Assembly (NCBI GenBank): GCA_963765495.1
Contig: CAVXWP010000007.1
Location: 576,001-640,000, forward strand
DNA from: Blastocatellia bacterium
Lineage (GTDB): Bacteria > Acidobacteriota > Blastocatellia > UBA7656
Length of the DNA stretch: 64,000 bases
Reading direction: 5' to 3'
The notes below the pieces were generated by a model. It was not told where the DNA came from, searched no databases, and was given only the letters and a program-made list of their open reading frames with translations. How positions within the stretch are numbered: position 1 is the first letter of the stretch; each line of letters opens with the position of its first letter. Made by a program: the position numbers and the translations under genes. Below are positions 1-9,714 of this stretch, in pieces.

Positions 1-1
1 C

Positions 2-523
2 GGAGCGTCGGTCCTGCTGATAGACTGCGATCTTCGAAGACCTACTACGCACAAGGTTCTCGGCGTAGACCACGCGCAAGGGCTATCGACCTATCTTTCG
101 CGCGACGTTGATATTGACGATGTGATACAGAAGTTGCCCATAGCGAACCTGTCGTTGCTGCCCTGCGGCCCGATCCCTCCGAACCCCGCCGAGTTGATTA
201 GCTCCGACAAGATGAAAGAGATGTTAGAGATGCTCGCCGAGCGGTACGATCATATTTTGATCGATTCGCCGCCGCTGATAAACGTGACCGATCCGGTGAT
301 TTTATCCACGATGGTCGACGGCGTGATGCTTGTAGTGCATGGCGGAAAGAGCACTCGCGACATTGTGAGGCGCGCGCGCCAGGAGCTTTCAAGCGTGGGA
401 GCCAAGATATTCGGAGTGGTGCTCAATAACGTAGACCTCCGCCGCGAAGGATACGATGATTACTACTATTATCGTTATTATTCGGGCTATGGTGAGGAAG
501 AACAGAAAGCGGCTAAAGGCTAG
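2..523 (+). CDS. CpsD/CapB (Wzc-type) tyrosine-protein kinase, C-terminal part (5'-truncated by window)
   Basis: In-frame VLLIDCDLRRP (Walker A'), PPNPAEL, ILIDSPP (Walker B) and C-terminal Tyr cluster YDDYYYYRYYSGY. Confidence 0.92.
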   Translation, partial: GASVLLIDCDLRRPTTHKVLGVDHAQGLSTYLSRDVDIDDVIQKLPIANLSLLPCGPIPPNPAELISSDKMKEMLEMLAERYDHILIDSPPLINVTDPVILSTMVDGVMLVVHGGKSTRDIVRRARQELSSVGAKIFGVVLNNVDLRREGYDDYYYYRYYSGYGEEEQKAAKG

Positions 524-533
524 AAGCATCAGA

Positions 534-740
534 ACCAGGGCCATTCATTTTTCCAAAATGTAGCATAGGAAAATAGAAATAGACCAGGACGGACGCGGAT
601 CTGACAATTTATGATCTAATCCGCGTAAATCCGCCGCATCCGCGTTATCCGCGGCCTATTTCAACACGCCTTTGCTTGAACTCAACTTTTAACATTTCTT
701 CCGCCTCTTGTCCGCTACTCAAAAACTGAATGGCCCTGGT
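534..740. repeat. MITE/REP-like element with 14-bp perfect terminal inverted repeats
   Basis: accagggccattca (534-547) and tgaatggccctggt (727-740); internal acgcggat/atccgcgt repeats; no target-site duplication seen. Confidence 0.6.
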
Positions 741-864
741 CCGTCCCGGTCTATTAATCATTGTCTTTCGCTCAAATGAACCTTTAATACTCTTGCCGTC
801 TATATAGATTCAAAGGCGATGAAGCGAGAAACGCACCGCTAGAGAGAAACCCGATCAAAACGAG

Positions 865-2445
865 ATGAATGACAGCCCCGTAGTCAGAGAGATAGATGTC
901 TCTGCCGCTACAATTGTGCCTCCTGTGCCCGCCGTCGGCATGACCACGCGAGTGATGCGGGGAACGATGTGGGGCGTGGGCGGACATGGGGTGATATTTC
1001 TTACTACGTTTATCGCGACCCCGTTTGTCATCAGACTTCTCGGTGCGGAAGGCTACGGAGTGCTGGCGCTTATCAATGTCTTGATCGGTTATCTGGCATT
1101 TGCCGATATGGGCATGGGAACGGCATCTACCCGGTTTGGAGCAGATGCCCATGCAAAAGACGATGATTGCGAAGAAGCGAGCGTGATCTGGACCTCGCTT
1201 CTTATCGCGTTTGTGCCCTCTGCATTGTTTGCCCTGGCGTTGTTTTTTTTTGCCGGGTTTCTTGTAGAACAGATTCTGCAATTGCCGGTCTTTCTGCAAG
1301 AAGAGGCTATCCTGGCATTGCGACTCGCCGCTATAGCATATGTAGCGCGGACTATTGCAAATGTGCTCAATACCCCGCAACTCGTACGCCTGCGCCTGGA
1401 TTTGAATATTCTGATTACCGTGGGAACCAGTGTTTTGCAAATAGCACTGGTTCCCGTCGTGCTGGTGCTTGGCGGAGGGCTGGTATCGGCAGTAGCCGTT
1501 ATGATGGGCGCTACGCTTGCGAATATGATAATTCACGGAATAGTCTCTCAACGATTGCTCCCGAGCTTATCGCGGCCTCGAATCTCTTCGAGCCTGTTGC
1601 GGCCCCTGATGATCTTCGGAGGCGGGCTTGTAGTTTCGACCTTAGCCGATGTGCTGCTTGTAAATTCGGAAAAGATAATGTTGCCGCGTTTTGCTTCGGT
1701 GACGGCGCTGGCGCACTATGCGGTTGCCTTCAACGTCGCCGGAATGCTGGCGCTTTTGCCCAGAGTTATGTGTCAGGTTCTATTGCCTGCTTTCAGCCAG
1801 TTGCAGGCAAAGCCTGATCGTGAGCCGCTTCAACGACTCTACGTGCGAGCATTGCGGGGAACATTGCTCTGGATCGCTCCGGTTGTCCTTTTGCTCTGCG
1901 TAGCGGCCAGGCCGTTTTTTACATTGTGGGCGGGCGCTGAATATGGCCGGGAAAGCACCTTACCGTTTTATGTGCTCATAGTCGGTCTTATATTCAACAT
2001 AATGTCAAATGTCCCCTACACTCTGCTCATGGCTTATGGCAGAAGCGATCTTATAGCGCGGTTCCATCTGGCCGAATTATTGCCCTACTTATTCTGCGCG
2101 GCCCTCTTTGTTTATTTGTGGGGAGCGGTCGGTGCCGCGCTGGCCTGGAGTTTGCGCGTGATCGCAGACGCCTTGCTGTTTATAGCGGCGGAACGACGAA
2201 TTTCAGCCTTCTCCTTCTCGCTGGTTCCGATCAATCGCGGCAGTTATATGGCCGCGATTGCGATCCTGTTTTTACCTCTGTTGCTGACATGGAATTCCGT
2301 CCTTGCTCCGGGGTTATTGTTCAGTCTGGTTTTTCTCTGCGTTCTTTCATATTGCGGGCTGGTTTGGGCGCGGGTGCTTACCGATGAAGAGCGAAACTGG
2401 GCTCTGGGTCAGTGGCCGCTTTATGGTCTTAAAAGGTCTGATTGA
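865..2445 (+). CDS. wzx: Oligosaccharide flippase (Wzx family)
   Basis: 526 aa, many hydrophobic helices, TPFVIRLLGAEGYG...DMGMG N-terminal pattern, polysaccharide locus context. Confidence 0.88.
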   Translation: MNDSPVVREIDVSAATIVPPVPAVGMTTRVMRGTMWGVGGHGVIFLTTFIATPFVIRLLGAEGYGVLALINVLIGYLAFADMGMGTASTRFGADAHAKDDDCEEASVIWTSLLIAFVPSALFALALFFFAGFLVEQILQLPVFLQEEAILALRLAAIAYVARTIANVLNTPQLVRLRLDLNILITVGTSVLQIALVPVVLVLGGGLVSAVAVMMGATLANMIIHGIVSQRLLPSLSRPRISSSLLRPLMIFGGGLVVSTLADVLLVNSEKIMLPRFASVTALAHYAVAFNVAGMLALLPRVMCQVLLPAFSQLQAKPDREPLQRLYVRALRGTLLWIAPVVLLLCVAARPFFTLWAGAEYGRESTLPFYVLIVGLIFNIMSNVPYTLLMAYGRSDLIARFHLAELLPYLFCAALFVYLWGAVGAALAWSLRVIADALLFIAAERRISAFSFSLVPINRGSYMAAIAILFLPLLLTWNSVLAPGLLFSLVFLCVLSYCGLVWARVLTDEERNWALGQWPLYGLKRSD

Positions 2446-2533
2446 GCAAAGCGACAGGCAGGATATTTGAGTTGTTTTGATTTGAGGCCCGGAATATCAA
2501 ACCCTCAGATAAAGAGAGGACCCTGATTTTTAT

Positions 2534-4690
2534 TTGATGAGAGGACGGTTAGGATTTTACATCAAAGAGTCTTACAGAAGCGTGCAAAGACGCAAAGCTG
2601 ATTTGCGGGTTTGGGCCGGGACGTTTTCCCTTGGTCGCAAAGCTCTGGAAATCAGAGCCGGTCTCAAAGGCCGCGCTCTGCCTCGCCTTTCAACCGAACC
2701 GCCGGTTCGCTTTGTAAGACACTCGTTGAAAGAATTTGCGGCTGCAAATCGCAGGATCGAATTTCCTCACTCCGTATCCCCGGAAGTCAGCATAATCATT
2801 TTCGAATCGAAAAACACCGAACTGACCCTGAATTGTCTTTATTCGATTTCGCAAAGCAGTCTGAGTCAATACGAAGTCATCATCTGTAACAACGGCGATT
2901 CGGAATTACCGCTTGGGCAGATCAAAGGGGCTGAAATAATTGAAAGCGCCGGAAATTTGAGTGTGGCGCGGGCATACAACCTCGCCGCGCGACAGGCAAA
3001 GGGCAAGCAGCTGTTGTTTTTGAATGACACTGCGGTAGTTCTGCCCGACAGTATCTCGTCCGCTTTAAGGGCTATTAAAGAGTCGGATGTGATCGGCGCT
3101 GTGGGCGGCAAAGTCATCTCGGCAGATAATGTCTTGCAGGAAGCAGGCGCGATCATCTGGCGGGATGGGACCCGAACCGCCTATGGAAAAGGAGACACGC
3201 CCTTTGCTCCGATGTATATGTTCAGGCGGAAAGTTGACTGCTGTCTGGGCAATTTGCTGCTGACAAGAAAAGATGTCTTCTCAGAACGCAGGGGATTTGA
3301 CGAGACGCTCAAGAGCGCATGGTGTCAGGATTATTGCGTCAGGCTCTGGAAAGTCGGCAGGGAAGTGATCTATGAGCCAGGGGCTCTGGCCGTAAGTTTC
3401 GAACACACAAATCTCGAACAGAGGCAGAGGCTTTCAGTAGATGCTGATTCGGTCGAATCGGAAGAGGCGGACCTCCTGACCGAGAAACATAAGGAATGGT
3501 TGAAATCGAGATACCCTGCTTCTCAGAAGAGTATTTTATTTGCCCGCGCCCACACGCCTCGCAACAAACGGATTCTTTTTATTGATGACAGGGTGCCGCA
3601 TTCCTTTTTAGGGGCAGGCTTCCCGCGAAGCAATCTGATGCTTTCGGAGATGGTCAGGCTTGGATATTCAGTAACCTTCTATCCGATGAACATTCATGCG
3701 GAAACGTGGGAAAACGTCTACGCGGATATTCCTGATGAAGCGGAAGTGATGCTTGATTATGATTCTGTGAAACTGCCGCAGTTTTTGAGACAGAGAGAAG
3801 GATACTATGACCTGATCATAGTAAGTCGGCCGTCAAATATGGCGCTGGCCAAATCGTTTCTCTTTGGCCGGAGAGACAGAGGCGGGAAACCCAAGGTCAT
3901 CTATGATATGGAGGCTCTTGCCAGCCTGAGAGACATCGAGCGATTGCGCCTTGATGGAGAAGACCCGCCCCGCCATTTTGAGCGGAGATTATGCGGGAAG
4001 GAGATGGCGCTGACACGGGGAAGCTCGGCGGTGATTTCCGTCTCTGAGGCCGAGCGGCAGAGATTTACCGAGCTTGGGATCGAGCCTACTTATATACTCG
4101 GCCACGCTGTTGAACCGCGCCGGACCGACAATCCTTTTCACTCGCGCGAAGGGATACTCTTTGTCGGGCCTGTAGGCAGTTCCCGCTCTCCCAACGAAGA
4201 TTCTATAACCTGGTTTATAGAGGAGATATTCCCAACCATTCAAATGAGACTGGGCAGAGAGGTGAGCTTTATGATAGCGGGCACAAATCGCCCGGATCAG
4301 GTGAGTCGCTATTCGAGCAAATCAATCAGGTTTTTCGGCAGGGTGGATGATCTCGAGCCGCTATATAATCAGGCGCGCATATTCGTCGCCCCTACCCGTT
4401 TTGCGGCCGGTATCCCGCTCAAAATTTACGACGCCGCGAGTTTCGGCGTTCCTGCTGTTACCACGCGCCTGCTTGAAGCCCAGCTTGGCTGGCGCGATGA
4501 GGTGGAGTTACTTACGGCTACTGATGCCGCAGGCTTTGCCGATCAGTGCGTGAGGCTCTATAGCGACGAGAGGCTCTGGACTCGAATCAGAAACAGTGCG
4601 CTTAAACAGATCGAAAGTCAGTGCGCGCCGGAAAGCTTCTCATCAAGTTTGGAAGCCATCATTGAAGAAACGCTTGGGTCAACCCGATAG
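2534..4690 (+). CDS. Two-domain glycosyltransferase (GT2 N-terminal plus GT4-like C-terminal)
   Basis: VSIII...LLFLND...LQEAGAIIWRDG (GT2) followed by FFGRVDDL...FVAPTRFAAGIPLKIYDA (GT-B). Confidence 0.85.
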   Translation: MMRGRLGFYIKESYRSVQRRKADLRVWAGTFSLGRKALEIRAGLKGRALPRLSTEPPVRFVRHSLKEFAAANRRIEFPHSVSPEVSIIIFESKNTELTLNCLYSISQSSLSQYEVIICNNGDSELPLGQIKGAEIIESAGNLSVARAYNLAARQAKGKQLLFLNDTAVVLPDSISSALRAIKESDVIGAVGGKVISADNVLQEAGAIIWRDGTRTAYGKGDTPFAPMYMFRRKVDCCLGNLLLTRKDVFSERRGFDETLKSAWCQDYCVRLWKVGREVIYEPGALAVSFEHTNLEQRQRLSVDADSVESEEADLLTEKHKEWLKSRYPASQKSILFARAHTPRNKRILFIDDRVPHSFLGAGFPRSNLMLSEMVRLGYSVTFYPMNIHAETWENVYADIPDEAEVMLDYDSVKLPQFLRQREGYYDLIIVSRPSNMALAKSFLFGRRDRGGKPKVIYDMEALASLRDIERLRLDGEDPPRHFERRLCGKEMALTRGSSAVISVSEAERQRFTELGIEPTYILGHAVEPRRTDNPFHSREGILFVGPVGSSRSPNEDSITWFIEEIFPTIQMRLGREVSFMIAGTNRPDQVSRYSSKSIRFFGRVDDLEPLYNQARIFVAPTRFAAGIPLKIYDAASFGVPAVTTRLLEAQLGWRDEVELLTATDAAGFADQCVRLYSDERLWTRIRNSALKQIESQCAPESFSSSLEAIIEETLGSTR

Positions 4691-4729
4691 AGAGAACTAT
4701 CATAAAAGATAGTTAGAGGGGAGTAATAA

Positions 4730-5746
4730 ATGAAACCAGGGAAGATGCCTCGAGTTTCTATTGTTGTGCTGAACTGGAATAATTACGAAGACACCAGAAA
4801 GTGTTTGGAGTCTTTGCGAAAGGTTATCTACTCTGAGTTGAGAGTTCTGGTTGTAGATAACGGATCGAGTGACGGCTCGGGCAGACGTTTGGTGTCTGAA
4901 TTTCGGGAGTTTGAATTTATTTTTAACGATAAGAACCTGGGCTTTTCCAGAGGCTGCAATGTTGGGATACGCGCTGCTCTGGAAGATGAAGGATGCGGCT
5001 ATGTGCTGCTGCTAAACAACGACACGATAGTCACTGCCAATTTTCTGGATAAGGCAATCGAGCATGCTGAGGCAAATGCATCTGCCGGTTTGATCGGCGG
5101 TAAAATTCTTACCCTGTCCGATCCCAGTAAGATATGGTACGCCGGGGGCTCGGTGAATTGTTGGAAAGGACGAATGGTTGTCCGCGGTTATGGCGAGAAA
5201 GATTGTGGCCAATATGATGAGCCGGTTGAGGTTGGATTCGTTACGGGCGCGCTCATGATGATCAAAAGAGAGGTGATTGAGAAGGTCGGGCCGCTCCCGG
5301 AAGAGTATTTCTTCGGGGTAGAAGAGATGGATTATTCGGTCAGTGTGATGAAGGCCGGTTATAAGCTCTATTATGTGCCTGAGTTCTTCATATACCATCT
5401 GGCCGACGGCAGTCACTATAACTCTGATCCAAAATTCGTTTATAACAGCTATCGCAACAAGCTGATATTTGCAGAAAAATTTCTTCCCAAAGGACTGTTT
5501 CCAATATGGAAGCTGGTCTTTTCTATATATGCAAAATACCTGGCGCAAAGAGTCTGGCGCGGTCTTATAAAGAAATATGACTACGATGAGTTAGCCACTG
5601 CCAGGGGCAAAGTAATAAATATGAGTGAAATGAAATATGCTCTGGACAAAGCGATCAAAGATCATGGGAGAGACGCTCTTTCCGAAGAGACCCTCACGCG
5701 CTTTGACGAAGGATTGAAAAAAAGAAGAAGAGTTATGGCCGAATGA
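4730..5746 (+). CDS. Glycosyltransferase family 2
   Basis: VSIVVLNWN, VVDNGSSD, NLGFSRGCN, LLNNDT motifs. Confidence 0.9.
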   Translation: MKPGKMPRVSIVVLNWNNYEDTRKCLESLRKVIYSELRVLVVDNGSSDGSGRRLVSEFREFEFIFNDKNLGFSRGCNVGIRAALEDEGCGYVLLLNNDTIVTANFLDKAIEHAEANASAGLIGGKILTLSDPSKIWYAGGSVNCWKGRMVVRGYGEKDCGQYDEPVEVGFVTGALMMIKREVIEKVGPLPEEYFFGVEEMDYSVSVMKAGYKLYYVPEFFIYHLADGSHYNSDPKFVYNSYRNKLIFAEKFLPKGLFPIWKLVFSIYAKYLAQRVWRGLIKKYDYDELATARGKVINMSEMKYALDKAIKDHGRDALSEETLTRFDEGLKKRRRVMAE

Positions 5747-5813
5747 ATCGAAGCGCTTTCAAAGCAGCGATAGCTCCGTATCACTGGAATGCGCTATTTG
5801 ATGAAGTGACGGC

Positions 5814-6779
5814 ATGAGTTCTGAAATAAAGATTGCCTATATTGTTTCGGCGCACAGATACCCTGACCAGTTGATTCGCCTCATTGACAGACTTAACACC
5901 GAAACGGACTCTTTTTTTATTCATGTTGATAAGAAAACCGATGATGAGACATATCGCCGTATCGTTGATGGATTGAGCCGTTTCCCGAATATATATCTTC
6001 TTAAAAGGCATAACAGCCCCTGGGCAAGCTTTGGCACTGTGGAGTCGAGCATCAAGGGGATAAATAAGCTTATCGAGCGGAAAATCGCTTTTGATTATGC
6101 CGCGTTGCTTACGGGGCAGGATTATCCGATAAAGACTAATGATTATATAAAAGAGTTTCTCAGCAGAAATAAGGGCAAATCCTTTATCGACTATTCCGCC
6201 TTGCCTGCCCGACCTCTGCGCCTTGAAAGAGGCGGGTTTGACAGGATCGAGCGCTGGCACTTTCGTCTGTTTGGCAAGCGCCATTGCTTTCCTGCGATGC
6301 GGCAATTTCAGAACCCGGTAATCTCAATCTTATACTCGGCGCTGGCCGGTCTATTGCCCGAACGGCGTAAATTTATTGCCGGGCATACTCCTTTCTTTGG
6401 CTTTGCATACTGGTGCCTGACGAAAGAGCGTGTGGAGTATTTGTATGATTTCATAAGAAAGAATCGCTCTTTTGTCAAATATTTCAAATATGTTCATATT
6501 CCCGACGAGATGTTCTTTCAGACCGTGCTTTTGAACTCTTCTGAAACAGACAATCTGGTCAATGATGATTTGAGGCACATAATCTGGCCCGAAGAAGGCT
6601 CGCATCACCCCGCGATCCTGCGCGAGCAAGACCTCGATAGCTTAAAGAGATCGCCAAAGCTTTTTGCCAGAAAATTCGACGCGACCGTAGCCCCGGTCAT
6701 ACTGGATTTGATCGATAAAGAAATCCTGATGCGGGACGCGGGACAAGGATCGGCTTACAAAGGGTCGGCTTACAATTGA
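5814..6779 (+). CDS. Beta-1,6-N-acetylglucosaminyltransferase-like protein (GT14, Core-2/I-branching family)
   Basis: IAYIVSAH, FIHVDKK, LLTGQDYP, PDEMFFQT, LFARKFD motifs. Confidence 0.85.
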   Translation: MSSEIKIAYIVSAHRYPDQLIRLIDRLNTETDSFFIHVDKKTDDETYRRIVDGLSRFPNIYLLKRHNSPWASFGTVESSIKGINKLIERKIAFDYAALLTGQDYPIKTNDYIKEFLSRNKGKSFIDYSALPARPLRLERGGFDRIERWHFRLFGKRHCFPAMRQFQNPVISILYSALAGLLPERRKFIAGHTPFFGFAYWCLTKERVEYLYDFIRKNRSFVKYFKYVHIPDEMFFQTVLLNSSETDNLVNDDLRHIIWPEEGSHHPAILREQDLDSLKRSPKLFARKFDATVAPVILDLIDKEILMRDAGQGSAYKGSAYN

Positions 6780-6786
6780 GGAACTG

Positions 6787-7653
6787 ATGGAAATGGCTGC
6801 CGGAACCCTGGTTGAAATCGGCATCACAACCAGGAATCGCTGGGACGATTTGAAAGACACGCTTCAGAAGATACGCGATTTTGGACTCTCCGATTTGCGT
6901 GTCCTGGTCTTTGATGACGGCTCTGAGCAGAAATGCCCATACGATATTTTCTCCTTTTGCAAGCGCCTGACATTCAAGAGATTTTCCGAATCAAGGGGCC
7001 TGATAGTTCGTCGCAATCAACTGGCCAGGGCTATGACCTCAAAATACTATTTGAGCCTCGATGACGATTCTTATCCTGTTTCAGGGTCTCTGGAGAAGGC
7101 AGTCGAACTGGCTGAAAGTCTTGAGGATTTGCTCGGGTTGAGTTTTCCGATCTATAACCCCGTCACAAAGAAGCATCAGGTCAGGTCTTTGAAAGAGGAA
7201 CCTTACAGGGTTCGGTCGTTTATAGGGTGCGGCCATTTGCTTCACCGAGAGAGGTTTTTGCAGATTGGCGGATACCGCGAAGAGCTTGTCCACTTTGGCG
7301 AAGAGGTGGATTTGACTGTTCGCGGATTTCAGCAGGGCCTCTATTGCTATCACTATCCCAATCTGCAAATTCATCATACGGCATCGAATGCCGGTCGTAA
7401 CTGGGAGAGGATGGATTTTTACGGGGCGCGCAATGCCGTTTTGTGGAACGACTGGTTTATGCCGTCGGGACTGAGGAGCGTAAAACAGGTTCGCACTGCT
7501 GTTTCAAGAGTTATTCAGGTTGTAAAAAACAGGCGATTGGGCCAGGCAAAAGGGGAGCTTGCCGGATTGAAACAGGTTGGAAGCTACAAACATAACCGCC
7601 GCCCCATGAGTCGCAACCTCTATAGAGAGTGGATAAGACTCCCCCAGGGTTGA
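6787..7653 (+). CDS. Glycosyltransferase family 2
   Basis: ITTRNR, VFDDGS, LSLDDDS, GGYREE...GEEVDL. Confidence 0.85.
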   Translation: MEMAAGTLVEIGITTRNRWDDLKDTLQKIRDFGLSDLRVLVFDDGSEQKCPYDIFSFCKRLTFKRFSESRGLIVRRNQLARAMTSKYYLSLDDDSYPVSGSLEKAVELAESLEDLLGLSFPIYNPVTKKHQVRSLKEEPYRVRSFIGCGHLLHRERFLQIGGYREELVHFGEEVDLTVRGFQQGLYCYHYPNLQIHHTASNAGRNWERMDFYGARNAVLWNDWFMPSGLRSVKQVRTAVSRVIQVVKNRRLGQAKGELAGLKQVGSYKHNRRPMSRNLYREWIRLPQG

Positions 7654-7669
7654 TAGCGGAAAAAGCGAT

Positions 7670-8389
7670 ATGAGCGCTCATCATAAGAATGAAGAGGAAC
7701 TCCAGAGGGCTTATTACAGCAGAACGGCTCAAGCATATAATGAAATGCAGGTTCACGAGAAAGACGGGCATTTTCTCGCCCTGTGCTTTCTGGTCGGCGT
7801 TCTGGAACATCTTGAAATCGGATCCGTTCTCGACATCGGTTCAGGCACAGGCAGGGCGCTGGCTTATATCAAAAAGCAAAAGCCGGGTATTCGCGCCATC
7901 GGAATAGAGCCTGTTGATGAATTGAGAAAGGTTGGATATGACTCCGGCATTGATGAGAATGAGCTTCTGGCGGGCGACGCTACAAGGCTGCAATTTAAGG
8001 ACAAAGAGTTTGATCTGGTCTGCTCATTTGCGGTCCTGCACCACATCAGAAAACCGGATGATGTGATCGCCGAGATGCTGAGAGTGGCAAAAAAAGCGAT
8101 CTTTGTCTCCGATGCGAATACTTTCGGGCAAGGCTCGGCGGGCTTAAGAGTTGTGAAGCAGGCAATAAACTTTTTCGGATTGTGGAGGGTGGCCAATTTT
8201 ATAAGAACCCGGGGAAAGGGCTATACGATCTCAGAAGGTGATGGATTGGCTTACTCATATTCTGTGTTTGATAATTACAAGCAAATCAAAGAGCATTGCG
8301 GGCGCATTCACCTGCTAAACCTAACCGGCGACTCGATCAATCCATATAGAACCTCGGATCAGGTCGCTCTACTTGGAATCAAGAAATAA
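7670..8389 (+). CDS. Class I SAM-dependent methyltransferase
   Basis: VLDIGSGTG motif I, GDATRLQF, FDLV...VLHH, EMLRV. Confidence 0.88.
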   Translation: MSAHHKNEEELQRAYYSRTAQAYNEMQVHEKDGHFLALCFLVGVLEHLEIGSVLDIGSGTGRALAYIKKQKPGIRAIGIEPVDELRKVGYDSGIDENELLAGDATRLQFKDKEFDLVCSFAVLHHIRKPDDVIAEMLRVAKKAIFVSDANTFGQGSAGLRVVKQAINFFGLWRVANFIRTRGKGYTISEGDGLAYSYSVFDNYKQIKEHCGRIHLLNLTGDSINPYRTSDQVALLGIKK

Positions 8390-8425
8390 GAGCGGGGAAG
8401 AGATCAACAGTGATCAGTCTTTTTT

Positions 8426-9676
8426 ATGAGTGAGTCGAATTCATTGCCCCGGGCAGTTGTTGCTCTTGCCGGAGCCAGAGATTATTACCAGCTACCTCTG
8501 GCGCTCTGCGAAGCCGGCTTGCTGCAAAAGCTTGTGACGGATGTTTACTGGCCTGCCGACAGGGCGTGGTTCAGGTCTTCGATAGGCGCATTCCTGCCTG
8601 AGAAGATCATAGCTTCCAGATTTTGCGCGGGGCTATCGAGCGAAAAGGTCGAAATATCCGGGGGGGCTTTATCCGCTTTTGCCTTGATGAAAATGGTTCC
8701 CTCGTGGAATCTCAATAGAATCAAGGACCGCAATCTTGCGCGAAGAGCCAGACGACTGGCGCTGCGTGATGATGCCGCGCTTTTCTGCTACAACTACTAT
8801 GCGTCAGAGGCCTTTTTGGACAGGCCGGACCGCCCGCGATATAGATTCCTGTTTCAAATTCAGGCAAGCCCGGATGTTGCGCGCCAGATTTTGCTAGAAG
8901 AGATCGAGCGAACACCCGCCGCGCATGCCTCGCTTGCGGCAGAGTATGAAATTTTGCTCCCTCAGGAACAACTCCAGGCGCTACGTGATGAGCCGCATCT
9001 GGCCAACGGATGGGTGACCACCTGTGGCTTTGCGGCAGATTCGCTCGTTAAAAGCGGCATTTCATCCGACGCAATACGGATTGTTCCTTACGGGGTTGAT
9101 TCAACGGTGTTTATCAAGCGTCCCTCCGCTCCCGATCCGCGAAAAGCATTCAAGATAATCTATGTGGGCAGCCTTATACAGAGAAAGGGCATATCTTATC
9201 TGCTTGAAGCCGCGCGGTTGTTGAAGTCTTCCAATATTCGCCTTGTCTTTTGCGTTCGCGGTTTTATTGACAGGAATCTGCTTGCCGAATACTCAGACAT
9301 TGCTATAGAAATCAAGGTGGGTCTTTCGGGCAGGCAACTGGCGTATGAACTGCACAGCAGCGACGTATTCGTTTTCCCCTCCCTCAGCGAAGGCTTTGGG
9401 CACGTCATACTTGAAACGATGGCGTGCGGAGTGCCGGTCATCGCCACCCCTCATACTTGCGCGCCCGATGTGATGGTGGATGGAAAGCACGGTTTTATCG
9501 TCCCCATTCGCGATAGCGAAGCGATAGCCGAAAAGCTGGCCTGGGGGATTGATCACAGGGCCGAGCTTGCTGCAATGGGCGAACTGGCCGCCGAGCAGGC
9601 GCGCCATTTTACATGGCGGCGCTTTAGAGACGGTGTTAGAGATGCTTACGGGCAAATGATCGCTGCCGTAGGCTGA
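8426..9676 (+). CDS. Glycosyltransferase family 4
   Basis: YVGSLIQRKG, FVFPSLSEGFGHVILETMACGVPVI (EX7E). Confidence 0.9.
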   Translation: MSESNSLPRAVVALAGARDYYQLPLALCEAGLLQKLVTDVYWPADRAWFRSSIGAFLPEKIIASRFCAGLSSEKVEISGGALSAFALMKMVPSWNLNRIKDRNLARRARRLALRDDAALFCYNYYASEAFLDRPDRPRYRFLFQIQASPDVARQILLEEIERTPAAHASLAAEYEILLPQEQLQALRDEPHLANGWVTTCGFAADSLVKSGISSDAIRIVPYGVDSTVFIKRPSAPDPRKAFKIIYVGSLIQRKGISYLLEAARLLKSSNIRLVFCVRGFIDRNLLAEYSDIAIEIKVGLSGRQLAYELHSSDVFVFPSLSEGFGHVILETMACGVPVIATPHTCAPDVMVDGKHGFIVPIRDSEAIAEKLAWGIDHRAELAAMGELAAEQARHFTWRRFRDGVRDAYGQMIAAVG

Positions 9677-9714
9677 ATCTTTGTGAGAGTAACTGGAAGA
9701 GCAGGTATATTATT

